A stretch of DNA of 64,000 nt from Tepidisphaera sp. (GCA_050916045.1 CP051526.1:1024001-1088000); one strand, 5' to 3'; shown: positions 1 through 10,139, counted from the stretch's first letter. Notes: a model not told the origin generated them from the letters alone. Numbers and translations are program-made.

Positions 1-2122
1 ACTCGACCGGAGCGCCGCCCTTGCCACCTCCGCCGCCGGGGGCGCTGGACGCAGCCGGGGAAGGCGCGGCGACCGAGTACCGGGCGTTGGCGGACTGGGC
101 GTTCAGTGCGCTCAGCTTGTCGTGGACGTCGCCGTCCTGATTGACGGAGCCGGAGCCTGAGCGGACCCTCGAGAGGTCTGTCAGAGAGAGGCCGACGCGT
201 TCGCGGAGTTCCCCAGCATCGTGGAACGCGAGGTTGGTTTCCGTCGCAAGGAAGGACGTGTACGGCGTCATGATGCCCCAACGCATGCTGAGCTGGGTGA
301 TCTGGTCGACGAGCTCCTTCGTGCGAGCCTCGTTCCCGGCAGAGCCCGGGTCGGCGGAGCCTTGGCGGATCTCTTCGACAAGGGCCGCGACCTTGCGGGT
401 GGCCCAGAGGCGGGGGACAAAGCCGTTCTTGGCGGTGGCGGCGCTGAGCTTGAGGTTGAATTCAAAGTCGTGGGGCGTGCCGAAGTACTCGCCGCCGAGC
501 TTGATGTTGAGCGTGTCGGACTCGCCGGTGTACTGGCCGAGGATGACGATCTGGTCCCCCTCGAAGACATCGTCGAGCGCGGCGGGCTGGAGGTCGCGGG
601 TCGCGCGGGTGGTCGGCTTGCCGTCGGACCCGATGAGCGTGAGCGTCGGGTTGGCGAGCGTCGGGCCGCGGAGGCGGCGCGACACCTGTGAGACCTTGAC
701 CTCGACGTCTTCTTCGGGCAGGATGAACGTGGGGGCGCCCTTGGACGAACGCGAAATGCCGGAGAGGAGGGGGGTGTTGACGTCGAACCCGACGCCGAAA
801 GCAAAGATGCGGCGGTTGGCTTTGTTGGAGGCTTTCACGTGGTCGCGGATGGTGACTTCCTTGCGTTCGCCGACGGTGGGGAGGCCGTCGGTGAGGAAGA
901 GGACCAGGGGCATGGAGCCTTGCGCGACGGGGGCGTTGATGGCGGTCATGAGGGCGTCGTGCAGGTTGGTGCCGCCGTTTGCCTGCAAGCGACCGAGGTA
1001 GGCGAGGGCGTCGGCGCGGGCTTTGTCGTCGAGGGCGACGGGTTCTTTGGCGAAGGTCTCGATGCTATCGGAGTAGTCGATGATGTTGAAGCGTTCGCCG
1101 GGGGCGAGGCCGTTGATGACGTTGATCGCGGCTTTGCGAGCCTGCTCGAACTTGGCGCCTTGCATGGAGCCTGAGCGGTCGAGGACGATGGTCATCTCGC
1201 GGGGGACGGGTTTGAGGTCGGCGGGGCGGTCGGTCGGGACCGCGGCGACGAGGAGGAAATAGCCGCCCTTGCCGCCGTCGATGGAAGCGTCGGGGTAGGC
1301 GTAGAGGGTGGCGGAGGCGGCTTTGGCGTCGGTGGGGGAGAGGGTGGCGAGGCGGAAGGAGCCGGGTCCGGATGCGGAGTTGGCTGGGACGGTGATGACG
1401 AACTCACCCGAGCCCGTGCGTTCGGAGACGAGGTCGTGGCTTGGCGAGAAGACGGTGGAGACGGGAGCGGAGGACTTGACGGTGGCTTTGATGGTCCAGG
1501 GGACGGAGGTCTGGGTCGCGAGGGACTCGGTCTTGGGGAGGACGTAGTCGACTCGGCCGGCGTCGGCGGTGAGGAGCTGCTCGAAGACGATGCGGATCTT
1601 CTGGGTGGCTCCGGCGGGGACGGGGAAGGCGGAGGAACGGATGACGCCCATGCCGGCGAATTCGAGGAGGGCCGGATCGCGGGCGCCGCGGACGATCGAG
1701 TCGTAGATGCGGCGGGCTTCGTCGCGGGGGAGGATGGTGGCGGTGGGCTCGGGGCCGGTGCCGTCGTACTGGAGCGAGCGGACGGTGACGCCGTCGGGGA
1801 CGGGCAGGAGGAGTTCGGCTTGCTGGGGGGAGCCGGTGGTGTTGGTGACGGAGATTTCGAGGCTTGTGGTCGCGAGTTGGTCGACGATGGAGATGTCGGC
1901 GGCGACGGCGGAGATGGCAACGGCGGCCCAGGAGCGTGGGACGCGGTTGGCTTGGGGCATGACGAAGATTCGGTCGACGGGCGGTGTGGCGGCCGCGGGA
2001 GCCGAGGTTGGGACGGGCTGGGCGACGGCGAGGGTGGACCCGGCGACCATCGGGAGGGCAAGGCCGAGGGCGAGGATGGGGAGGGCGAGCGGTCGGGCGA
2101 AGGGCAGGGTTCGGACGCGCAT
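1..2122 (-). CDS. Secreted VIT + von Willebrand factor A domain protein (inter-alpha-trypsin inhibitor-like); runs off the left edge
   Basis: Not in the ORF track because it has no stop in the window. Manual translation from ATG 2122 (GGAG RBS) gives signal peptide MRVRTLPFARPLALPILALGLAL, a VIT-like segment (EARRIYDSIVRGARDPALLEF) and a vWA MIDAS motif DRSGSMQGAKFEQA...FNIIDYSD. Confidence 0.85.
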   Translation of the reverse strand, partial: MRVRTLPFARPLALPILALGLALPMVAGSTLAVAQPVPTSAPAAATPPVDRIFVMPQANRVPRSWAAVAISAVAADISIVDQLATTSLEISVTNTTGSPQQAELLLPVPDGVTVRSLQYDGTGPEPTATILPRDEARRIYDSIVRGARDPALLEFAGMGVIRSSAFPVPAGATQKIRIVFEQLLTADAGRVDYVLPKTESLATQTSVPWTIKATVKSSAPVSTVFSPSHDLVSERTGSGEFVITVPANSASGPGSFRLATLSPTDAKAASATLYAYPDASIDGGKGGYFLLVAAVPTDRPADLKPVPREMTIVLDRSGSMQGAKFEQARKAAINVINGLAPGERFNIIDYSDSIETFAKEPVALDDKARADALAYLGRLQANGGTNLHDALMTAINAPVAQGSMPLVLFLTDGLPTVGERKEVTIRDHVKASNKANRRIFAFGVGFDVNTPLLSGISRSSKGAPTFILPEEDVEVKVSQVSRRLRGPTLANPTLTLIGSDGKPTTRATRDLQPAALDDVFEGDQIVILGQYTGESDTLNIKLGGEYFGTPHDFEFNLKLSAATAKNGFVPRLWATRKVAALVEEIRQGSADPGSAGNEARTKELVDQITQLSMRWGIMTPYTSFLATETNLAFHDAGELRERVGLSLTDLSRVRSGSGSVNQDGDVHDKLSALNAQSANARYSVAAPSPAASSAPGGGGGKGGAPVE

Positions 2123-2207
2123 GGCAGGTCTCCGTGGGCGGACGCGAGCACCGCGCCCGATGGTGGTCTAGCGTTGCTCGCGGGGTATTGGTTCACGGGG
2201 GGGCGCG

Positions 2208-2234
2208 GGAACCGGAGCATCCGGGCGTTCGTAT
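2208..2234 (+). promoter_or_regulatory. Possible ECF-sigma-type promoter upstream of the WXG100 gene
   Basis: GGAACC-N16-CGTAT about 45 nt before the ATG; resembles the GGAAC-N16/17-CGT ECF pattern. Confidence 0.3.
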
Positions 2235-2279
2235 TTGGTTTGTAAAGGTTCGCGGGCAGGCTCGCGACAGGGAGGCACG

Positions 2280-2552
2280 ATGGCCAAAGCGATGGTCGAT
2301 CCGGTGGAACTGCGGCGGTTTGCGCAGGACCTCAAGCGGTTCAACGGCAACCTGACGGCGCAGCTTGCGGCTTTGCAGGGGCGGCTGAACGACCTTGGTC
2401 AGTCGTGGCGCGATCAGGAGCACACGAAGTTCGCGGAGGAGTTTGAAGCGACGATGAAGGTGCTGAGCCGGTTCACGGACGCGGCGGACAAGCACATCCC
2501 GTTCCTGCTTCGGAAAGCGGAGAAGATCGAGGAGTATTTGAATCAGAGGTAG
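2280..2552 (+). CDS. WXG100/ESAT-6-like small helical protein
   Basis: 90 aa with GGAGG RBS. VDPVELRRFAQ N-terminus, central W-R-D at the WxG position, helical heptads. Confidence 0.8.
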   Translation: MAKAMVDPVELRRFAQDLKRFNGNLTAQLAALQGRLNDLGQSWRDQEHTKFAEEFEATMKVLSRFTDAADKHIPFLLRKAEKIEEYLNQR

Positions 2553-2579
2553 GGCAAGTCACGAAGTCGGAATGCAAAG

Positions 2580-2616
2580 AAGGCACGGAGATGGGTATCT
2601 CCGTGCCTTTTCGTTT
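2580..2616. terminator. Intrinsic terminator, probably bidirectional
   Basis: AAGGCACGGAGAT-gggt-ATCTCCGTGCCTT followed by a T-rich tail, between convergent genes. Confidence 0.8.
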
Positions 2617-2654
2617 CGTGACTCAGCGGCTTGGTGACTCAGTGACTGCTTTGC

Positions 2655-4784
2655 TCAGTCCTCGACGTTCCTGGGTTTGAACGCGGCGATGACGGCGGCT
2701 TGCACCTGTGGGGGCGTGGGCTCGTCGTGCGAGTAGTCCATGCTGTAGGAGCCAGCGCCGCCGGTCATGCTTTTGAGCTCGTTGGCGTAATTTTGAAGTT
2801 CGGCGAGCGGGGCGATGGCTCGGACGATGCAGACATCGCCGGCGGTGACTTCGCTGTCCTGGACGCGGCCGCGTTTGGTGGAGAGGTGGCCGGCGATGTC
2901 GCCGAGGTAGCGGCTTGGAGCGGAGACTTCGAGGTTGACGAAGGGCTCGAGGAGTTTGGGCTTGGCTTTGGAGATGGCGTCGATGAAGGCGCGGCGGCCA
3001 GCGGTGATGAAGGCGATTTCCTTGCTATCAACGTCGTGGTACTTGCCGTCGTAGACGGCGCAGCGGATGCCGGCCATGGGATAGCCGGCGAAAGCGCCTT
3101 CGGTCATGACCTGTCGGACGCCCTTTTCGATCGCGGGCCAGTACTGACGCGGGACCGTGCCGCCGACGACTTCGGAGACGAACTCGAAGCCTTCGGGGTG
3201 GTCGGCGGGGAGGGGCTCGATGCGGAGGTAGACCTCGCCGAACTGACCTGAGCCGCCGGTCTGTTTCTTGTGGCGGTGGTGACCTTCGGCTTTGGCGGAG
3301 ATGGTTTCCTTGTAGGCGACTTTGGGGGTGCTTGTGGTGACGTCGATGCCGCCGGCTTTGAATTTCTCGAGGATGATGCGGAGGTGGAGTTCGCCGAGGC
3401 CGCGGAGGACGGTCTGTCCGGTGGCGGCGATGCGTTCAACGCGGAAGCACGGGTCCTCGAGCATCAGGCGGTGGGAGATGGTCGAGAACTTAGTTTCGTC
3501 GGCGTGGTTTTTGAGCTCGACGGCGAGACCGAAGAGGGGCTTGGGGATCTGGAGGGGGTTGAGGTGGACGGAGTCGTACTCGTGGCTGTCGTGGAGGACG
3601 CAGTTGAAGTGGATCTCGTCGACCTTGGAGATGGCGGCGATTTCGCCGGGGCCGACCTCGCTGACCTCGACGTGCTCCTTGCCTTGGAGCTTGAAGAGGT
3701 GGCTGATCCGGACGGGCTTCTTCATCTCGTCGATCAGGATGTCGGTCTTGGCGCGGAGGGTGCCCTGGTGGACGCGGAAAACGCCGAGCTTGCCGACGAA
3801 GGGGTCGGTGGTGATTTTGAAGACGTGGGCGATGAGCGGCGCGGCGGGGTCGGGCTTGGCGTGCCACTCGACGTCCTCGCCGCCTTCTTTCTCGCGACGG
3901 ACGAACTCGGGCGGGTTCACCTCGACGGGGCTGGGGCAGAGGCTCGCGAAGACGTGGAGGAGGTCGTCGATGCCGGCGCCGGTTTTGCCCGAGCAGAAGC
4001 AGACGGGGATGAGGTGGGCGTCTTCGAGGGACTTCTCGAACGCGGCGTGGAGTTTGGCCGGATCGAACCCGGCGCCCTCGCCCTTCTCGAGGTATTCCAT
4101 GGTGAGTTCGTCGTCGACCTCGATGACTTGCTCCACAATCTGCTTGTGGGCTTCGTGAACGGAGGAGAAGTCGGTCTCATCGCCGGCGGCGTCGTTGCCG
4201 TCGTGCTCGAAGACGTTGATGACCTTGGTGCCGTTGGCGGTGGGGAGGTTGATGGGGAGAGCGATCGAGCCGAAGGTGGCACGGATGGATTCGAGGATGC
4301 CGGGGAGATCGGCGTTGGGTTCGTCGATCTTGGAGACGATGACCATCCTCGGGATTTTCCGCTGTTCCGCGACGGACATCAGGCGTCGGGCGACGGAGTC
4401 GATGCCCTTGACGGCGTCGATGGTGACGGCGATGGTCTCGCAGGCGGGGAAGCATGCGATGGCGTGGCCGATGAAGTCGGCGAGGCCTGGGGTGTCGATG
4501 ACCTGGACGTCATGGCTTTCGTACTCGAAGTGGACGAACGAGGGCTGAAGCGAGTGCTTGTGGTGCTTCTCCTCGTCGGTGAAATCCGAGACGGTGTTCC
4601 CCTCCGCGACCGAGCCGGGCTTTTTGATGGCGCCTGCGGCGAAGAGAAGCCGTTCGGTGATGGTCGTCTTTCCCGCGGCGGTGGTGCCGCAGAGGCAGAT
4701 TGTCCTCACGTTGGCGGGGTTGCTCGCGGCGGAGCCTTTTCCTGGACCCGAGATCGTGGAGGGGGTGGTTGGAGATACCGCCAT
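2655..4784 (-). CDS. fusA: Elongation factor G paralogue (EF-G2-like)
   Basis: GKTT, DTPG, RGLGELHL, HKKQTGGSGQFG and YHDVDS motifs; AAGGAG RBS before ATG 4784. Confidence 0.9.
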   Translation of the reverse strand: MAVSPTTPSTISGPGKGSAASNPANVRTICLCGTTAAGKTTITERLLFAAGAIKKPGSVAEGNTVSDFTDEEKHHKHSLQPSFVHFEYESHDVQVIDTPGLADFIGHAIACFPACETIAVTIDAVKGIDSVARRLMSVAEQRKIPRMVIVSKIDEPNADLPGILESIRATFGSIALPINLPTANGTKVINVFEHDGNDAAGDETDFSSVHEAHKQIVEQVIEVDDELTMEYLEKGEGAGFDPAKLHAAFEKSLEDAHLIPVCFCSGKTGAGIDDLLHVFASLCPSPVEVNPPEFVRREKEGGEDVEWHAKPDPAAPLIAHVFKITTDPFVGKLGVFRVHQGTLRAKTDILIDEMKKPVRISHLFKLQGKEHVEVSEVGPGEIAAISKVDEIHFNCVLHDSHEYDSVHLNPLQIPKPLFGLAVELKNHADETKFSTISHRLMLEDPCFRVERIAATGQTVLRGLGELHLRIILEKFKAGGIDVTTSTPKVAYKETISAKAEGHHRHKKQTGGSGQFGEVYLRIEPLPADHPEGFEFVSEVVGGTVPRQYWPAIEKGVRQVMTEGAFAGYPMAGIRCAVYDGKYHDVDSKEIAFITAGRRAFIDAISKAKPKLLEPFVNLEVSAPSRYLGDIAGHLSTKRGRVQDSEVTAGDVCIVRAIAPLAELQNYANELKSMTGGAGSYSMDYSHDEPTPPQVQAAVIAAFKPRNVED

Positions 4785-5050
4785 CGGACACAGACTCCTT
4801 TCGTGCTTCGCCGGTGTGGGTGGCGAAGCGGGCTGTCGGCGGTCGACGGCTTTACGCGGTCGGGCCATTCCCGATCGTGGCGTCGGCCTTGGTTTCAGTC
4901 TAAACCCTTTTCTCGCCGGGCGTATGGCGATCTCGCTCGGTTTCACGATTTTGCGTGAGTAGGGGATGGCAGTCCCGTTCAAGCCAAGGTCGGAATCACG
5001 CACCCAAATGGGTCAGTCCGACAGGACCAAACCACAGAAGGAGATCCGCC

Positions 5051-5869
5051 ATGACGCTCGTATCCGCCGCTCGTTTCTCGTGCCTCGCCGCTTTGCTCGC
5101 CCTTTCTGGGACCGCCGCTTCGGCTGGGGAGTTGCTCAAGCCCAACGGGGAGTTTCCCGGGTTGAGCGAGACGGTGACCTCGCGCGGGATCACCGTGCGG
5201 GCCCTGAGGACGTCGTACGTCCAAGCCGGCAACGCCGACGGGCTTCACATCGCGCTGGGAGCCCAGGGGTATGGCTCGGATTGGGAGATCTTTACGCCGA
5301 GCCTTCGGGGCGACTTCCGGTTGGATCAGTACGGGGCGTGGGCCGAGAACGAGCCTCCGCACCGGCAGTACGGGTACAACTGGGGCGTCGATCCCAACCC
5401 GCGTCGGGGCGGAGCGGATATCGCTTTGGCGTATCTGCCCGGGCAGGGTGATCCGGTTCTGGCGGACGCACGCTGGCTTCAGATCATCCGGACGAACCGG
5501 CCGCTGGGCTGGGGCGTGGACAACGGCGCGACGCTTTCGGGGGATCCGGGGTTCACGTGGTATGTGGACAACGGCTATACCGTGCCGGCGGGGCGTCAGC
5601 GGGACATCTTCTACGGGATGGACGACAACACGAACAGCACGGGGTATGCCGGGAACGGCCGCGGGATCATCGACACGCCCTCACGCAATCTGGAAGAAGG
5701 CGTGCGATGGGAAGCCTGGGCTTTCCTCGCGACGTGGGACCGCGAGGGCAAAGCGATCACGATCTACGACGGTGTGCACTGGGGGTTTGAGATGGTCCCG
5801 ACGCCGGGGACGGTGACGCTTCTGGCTTTCGGCGGGCTGCTTGCGGGCAAGCGTCGTCGGCGTGAATAG
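5051..5869 (+). CDS. PEP-CTERM-sorted secreted protein
   Basis: Signal peptide; C-terminal VPTPG + TM + KRRRRE. Confidence 0.85.
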   Translation: MTLVSAARFSCLAALLALSGTAASAGELLKPNGEFPGLSETVTSRGITVRALRTSYVQAGNADGLHIALGAQGYGSDWEIFTPSLRGDFRLDQYGAWAENEPPHRQYGYNWGVDPNPRRGGADIALAYLPGQGDPVLADARWLQIIRTNRPLGWGVDNGATLSGDPGFTWYVDNGYTVPAGRQRDIFYGMDDNTNSTGYAGNGRGIIDTPSRNLEEGVRWEAWAFLATWDREGKAITIYDGVHWGFEMVPTPGTVTLLAFGGLLAGKRRRRE

Positions 5870-5883
5870 GGTGCCGGGGACGG

Positions 5884-7149
5884 TCATCGCGCGAGCGGCT
5901 GCCACTTGAGGTGCGTGGCGCTCCGCCAGAGCCACTCGAGGGGGCCCGTGCGGAACACGCTCAGCCAGATCGGGCTCCAGATCAGCATCAGGAGCCACAT
6001 GCCGAGCACGAACCAGTAGACCTCGGCCCGCTGGAACTTGCCGAAGTAGCCCAGGCCCCAGCCGTAGAAGCAGAAGGTCATCACCAGCGACATCGCGAGG
6101 TAGTTCGTGAACGCCATCCGGCCGACGGCCGAGAGAGCGCCCGCGACAAACCCGAGCAGCCCCGAACGGACGAGCAGGATGAGCGTCGAAGCGTGGGCGA
6201 GAGCGATCGCGATCGAGCCGATGTAGTTCGCCTGGCCGCCGAGAGAGAACATGTGCATCGGCGGGAAACCCTCGGCTTCCGCGTGGCGTGCGGCAGGGAT
6301 GATGAACGCCAAGCCGATGCCGTAGCCGAGTATCGTGGTCGCGAGGTAGAGCGCGGTGGAGCGCTTGCCGGTGAAGAAGCCGAGCTTCATGAGGGCCATG
6401 CCGATGAGCATGAGGCCCACAGCACGCCAGGAGGTCCAAAGGAAGAACCCGAAGATCTGAGCTTGGATCGCCATCAGAGCGTTGTAGATCAGCGACCCGC
6501 TGAGGCCCGAGCGGACCTGCTCGACCTGTTGAGCGTATTGCTCGGGGGTGGGTGACATGCCCGCGCGGTGCTTCTCGGGGATCGAAGCGAGGAGTTCACC
6601 CATGCCCACGGCGATGAGCATGCCGAGGACGAGGACGGCGATACCCATGAGCATGAGGGTGCGCGGCTTGAAGTTTCGGACCGGGTAAAGCAGAGCACCG
6701 GTCAGTGCGTACACGAGGAGGATGTCGCCGAACCAGATGACGAACCCGTGCAGGAACCCGACGATCGCGAGGAAGCCGATGCGGCGGTAGTAGAGGCCGG
6801 CAAAACCGCCGGGCTTGCTCTTGGTCATGAGGATCAGGCCCCCGCCGAAGAGCATGGAGAAGAGAGCCATCATCTTGAGGTCGGCAAAGACGTGGGCGAT
6901 CCACCAGATGGTCGCGTTGGCGCCCACCAAGGGGCCGATGAAGGGCTCCGAGCCGGCGGCGTTGGGGCTTTCGTAGGAGGATGCCGGGTAAGCGAACGCG
7001 ATGATGTTCATCACGAGGATGCCCAGGAGCGCGAACCCTCGGATGACATCGACGGTGCCCTCGCGGTCGGCTTGGAGCGTGGGGGGAGCGGCGGGGGCGG
7101 GTGCGGGCGACGGGCGGGCGAGGGTTTGTTCGGTCACGGGCGTCTCCAT
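5884..7149 (-). CDS. DUF418/YeiB family membrane protein
   Basis: DVIRGFALLGILVMNI, LFSMLFG, GRMAFTNYL and GPLEWLWR motifs. Confidence 0.88.
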   Translation of the reverse strand: METPVTEQTLARPSPAPAPAAPPTLQADREGTVDVIRGFALLGILVMNIIAFAYPASSYESPNAAGSEPFIGPLVGANATIWWIAHVFADLKMMALFSMLFGGGLILMTKSKPGGFAGLYYRRIGFLAIVGFLHGFVIWFGDILLVYALTGALLYPVRNFKPRTLMLMGIAVLVLGMLIAVGMGELLASIPEKHRAGMSPTPEQYAQQVEQVRSGLSGSLIYNALMAIQAQIFGFFLWTSWRAVGLMLIGMALMKLGFFTGKRSTALYLATTILGYGIGLAFIIPAARHAEAEGFPPMHMFSLGGQANYIGSIAIALAHASTLILLVRSGLLGFVAGALSAVGRMAFTNYLAMSLVMTFCFYGWGLGYFGKFQRAEVYWFVLGMWLLMLIWSPIWLSVFRTGPLEWLWRSATHLKWQPLAR

Positions 7150-7196
7150 GGCTGACAATACCCGTCCTTGGGAACCGGCGGACTATCCTTGCGGCC

Positions 7197-8930
7197 ATGA
7201 CCGCTTCCTCCCCGATCGTCACGCGTTTCGCACCCAGCCCGACCGGCCACCTGCATATCGGCGGGGCCCGGACGGCCTTGTTCTGCTGGGCTTTCGCCCG
7301 GCGGAACGGGGGCAAGTTCATGATCCGGATCGAGGATACGGACGCGGCGCGGAGCAGCGAGGAATCGGCCCGGGGGATCCTGGCGGATCTGGCGTGGCTT
7401 GGGATCGAGAACGACCTTGGGCCGTACATCAAAGCGGACGGGTCGATCGGCGAGCGAGACTGGCCGGATGGACGGGTGGGGACGTTCTTCCAAGCACGGC
7501 GTGTCGCGATTTACAACCGGTACCTCGAGCAGCTGATCAAGTCGGGACGGGCGTACCCGGCTTTTGAGACCAACGAGGAGACGGAAGCGGCCCGCAAAGC
7601 CGCCGTCGCCGCCAAGCAAACGTACCGGTACGCCCGCCCCGCCGATGTTCAGTTCGGCGTGTTCAATGAGGCGATGGCCGAGCGGCTCCGGCGTGCGCAA
7701 GCGGGCGAGCGGCACGTGATTCGGTTCGCGGCTCCGCACGAAGAGATCGTGGTGCCCGACGAGGTGCTCGGGGATGTCAAGATCGCGCCGGGGGAGCTTG
7801 ACGACTTTGTCATCCGCAAAGCGGACGGGTTCCCGACGTACCACTTCGCCGTCGTGATCGATGATGAACTGATGGGTGTGACGCACGTGCTTCGGGCGCA
7901 GGAGCACCTCGCGAACACGCCGCGGCACGTCGCGCTCCAGAAGGCTCTGGGATTCCGGGTGCCGGTGTACGGGCACATGCCGCTGATCTTTAACACCGAC
8001 GGCACGAAGATGAGCAAGCGGGACAAAGCCAAGACGGCGCGGAAAGCGGCGAAGGATGCGATCGCCAAGGGCAAGCCGGCGGCGGCTCTCGCGGAGAGCG
8101 CCAAGCTTGACGCGAAGGTCGTCGGCGATTTCATCGCGGCCGAGAACGACAGCTTGGACACGGCGGAGAAGATCGCGGCTTCGCTGGGTGTCACGCTTCC
8201 GGAGATCGAGGTCTGGGACTTCCGCAAGAACGGCTACCTGCCGGAGGCGATCAACAACTTTGTCTCGCTTTTGGGCTGGAACCCGGGAATGAAGCAGGCG
8301 GACGGGAAGGACCTCGAGAAGTTCGACACGAAGTTTCTCTGCGAGCATTTCGGGATTGATCGGATCGGCAAGACCAACAGCAAGTTCGACCGGGCGAAAC
8401 TGCTCAGTTTCAACGCGGATTTCATCGGCGCGATGACGGACGAGCAGTTCGCGGATCGGTGGGTCGCGTGGATGCAGGAGCACGAGCAGGCAGCGGCGGC
8501 GACGATCGGCAGGATGCCCAGAGCGCAGCTTCTGATTTTGGCGCGGGCGCTGCGTCCGCGGGCGAAGACGCTTCGGGATGCGCTGCGGCCTGCGGCGTTT
8601 GCGATGGTGGGGGATTCGGCGTATCCGTTTGACCAGGCGGCGGTCGAGAAGAATCTGCTTGCGAACGACCAAGCAGGGCTGAAGCTGCTCGCCGAGTTCA
8701 AGCCCCGGCTCGAAGCGGCCGCAGAGTGGTCCCCCGAGGCTTTGACGGGCTTGATCGACGCGTTCGCGAAGGAGAAGGGGATGCCGAACCCCGGCGGAAT
8801 CGCTCAGCCGCTTCGCGTGGCGCTCACGGGGACGGGTGTGAGTCCGGGGCTGGGTGAGACGCTTGCGGTGCTGGGTAAGCAGAGTTCGCTGGCGCGGATC
8901 GAGCGGTGCCTGTCGCACGTGAAGGCGTGA
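7197..8930 (+). CDS. gltX: Glutamate--tRNA ligase
   Basis: TRFAPSPTGHLHIGG, RIEDTD, KMSKR and PLRVALTG. Confidence 0.95.
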   Translation: MTASSPIVTRFAPSPTGHLHIGGARTALFCWAFARRNGGKFMIRIEDTDAARSSEESARGILADLAWLGIENDLGPYIKADGSIGERDWPDGRVGTFFQARRVAIYNRYLEQLIKSGRAYPAFETNEETEAARKAAVAAKQTYRYARPADVQFGVFNEAMAERLRRAQAGERHVIRFAAPHEEIVVPDEVLGDVKIAPGELDDFVIRKADGFPTYHFAVVIDDELMGVTHVLRAQEHLANTPRHVALQKALGFRVPVYGHMPLIFNTDGTKMSKRDKAKTARKAAKDAIAKGKPAAALAESAKLDAKVVGDFIAAENDSLDTAEKIAASLGVTLPEIEVWDFRKNGYLPEAINNFVSLLGWNPGMKQADGKDLEKFDTKFLCEHFGIDRIGKTNSKFDRAKLLSFNADFIGAMTDEQFADRWVAWMQEHEQAAAATIGRMPRAQLLILARALRPRAKTLRDALRPAAFAMVGDSAYPFDQAAVEKNLLANDQAGLKLLAEFKPRLEAAAEWSPEALTGLIDAFAKEKGMPNPGGIAQPLRVALTGTGVSPGLGETLAVLGKQSSLARIERCLSHVKA

Positions 8931-8948
8931 TCTGTACCGCCGGGAGAA

Positions 8949-9320
8949 TCAAAGGACCAGTCGTTTGGGCTGGGCCACCGTTTTCTCGGTGGTCACGTTG
9001 CCGGTGTTGAGCGTGGTCGCGGGCTCAAAGAGCACGACCTCGACCTCCTGCTCCGCGACCGGCCTGTGCTCGACCCCTCGGGGTACGACCAGCATCTCAC
9101 CTTCACCGAGCTGGACGCGGCGGTCGCGGAACTCCATGACGAACGAGCCGCGGTGGACGAGAAAGAGCTCATCCTCGTGCTCGTGGGAGTGCCAGTCAAA
9201 CGCCCCGCGGAACTTGACGAGCTTGACCTGCTGGCCGTTGAGGTCGGCGGCGATCCGGGGGGACCAGTGCTCGGAAAACGTCGAGAAACCGTGAGCCAGG
9301 TTGATCTTGTCCGTCGGCAT
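8949..9320 (-). CDS. Cupin domain protein
   Basis: WHSHEHEDELF and VVPRGVEHRP cupin motifs. Confidence 0.88.
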   Translation of the reverse strand: MPTDKINLAHGFSTFSEHWSPRIAADLNGQQVKLVKFRGAFDWHSHEHEDELFLVHRGSFVMEFRDRRVQLGEGEMLVVPRGVEHRPVAEQEVEVVLFEPATTLNTGNVTTEKTVAQPKRLVL

Positions 9321-9385
9321 GGCGGAGTCTATTCGCCCGGGCTCGGGCCTCGCCGCGGGCTGGCGGATTTGGCTACGCTTGGCCC

Positions 9386-10135
9386 ATGGCGATTCTCATC
9401 CTTCAGCATGCTGCCCACTGCGGTCCCGGTCGTCTTGCTTCGTGCCTTCGTGACCATGGGTTCGCCCTGGACACCCGGCGTTTGGACCTTCCGGCGGACC
9501 ACCCGCTTCAGCGGGGCAAGAGGATCGGCGTGCCGACGGATCTCGACAACATCCACGGCGTGATCAGCCTGGGCGGGCCGATGAACGTGAGCGACAATCC
9601 GGCGTGGCTCGCGGCGGAGGTCGCTCTCATCAAGAAAGCCCACGAAGCCCAGCTTCCCGTGATCGGGATCTGCCTCGGGCATCAGATCATCGCGCACGCT
9701 CTCGGCGGGCAGGTCGGCCCGATGGACAAGCCGGAACTCGGGTTCCACGACGTTTCCCTGACCGTCCCGGCTCAGACCGAGACGCTGATGGGCGGCATCC
9801 CGTGGACGTGCCCGCAGTACTGCAGTCATGGACAAGAGGTCAAGCAGTTGCCCCCGGGCGCGATGCTCCTGGCTTCGAGCAAAGCGTGCAAGACGCAAGC
9901 CTACAAGGTGGGCTTGCGGACCTTCGGGTTCCAGTTCCACTTTGAGTGCGATCAGGCGATGATCGCGGAGCTTGAGAAGTGCGACACCGGCCTCAGCCAG
10001 TGGGCGCGGACGTCCGAAGCGCCGAAGGGTCACGACCCCGCGGCGGCGATGGAGATGTTCAGCCGCGCGGCCGACCGCTTGTGCGTGAACATCGCGGCGT
10101 TCCTCTTCCCCGTGAAAGCCAAGCTCTCGGCGTAA
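9386..10135 (+). CDS. Type 1 glutamine amidotransferase-like protein
   Basis: LGGPM, GICLGHQ nucleophile elbow, QFHFE. Confidence 0.88.
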   Translation: MAILILQHAAHCGPGRLASCLRDHGFALDTRRLDLPADHPLQRGKRIGVPTDLDNIHGVISLGGPMNVSDNPAWLAAEVALIKKAHEAQLPVIGICLGHQIIAHALGGQVGPMDKPELGFHDVSLTVPAQTETLMGGIPWTCPQYCSHGQEVKQLPPGAMLLASSKACKTQAYKVGLRTFGFQFHFECDQAMIAELEKCDTGLSQWARTSEAPKGHDPAAAMEMFSRAADRLCVNIAAFLFPVKAKLSA

Positions 10136-10139
10136 GTCC

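Noticed and set aside
141..2245. Track ORFs in the first 2.2 kb
   Set aside because: Shadow frames of the minus-strand VIT-vWA gene that runs off the window edge
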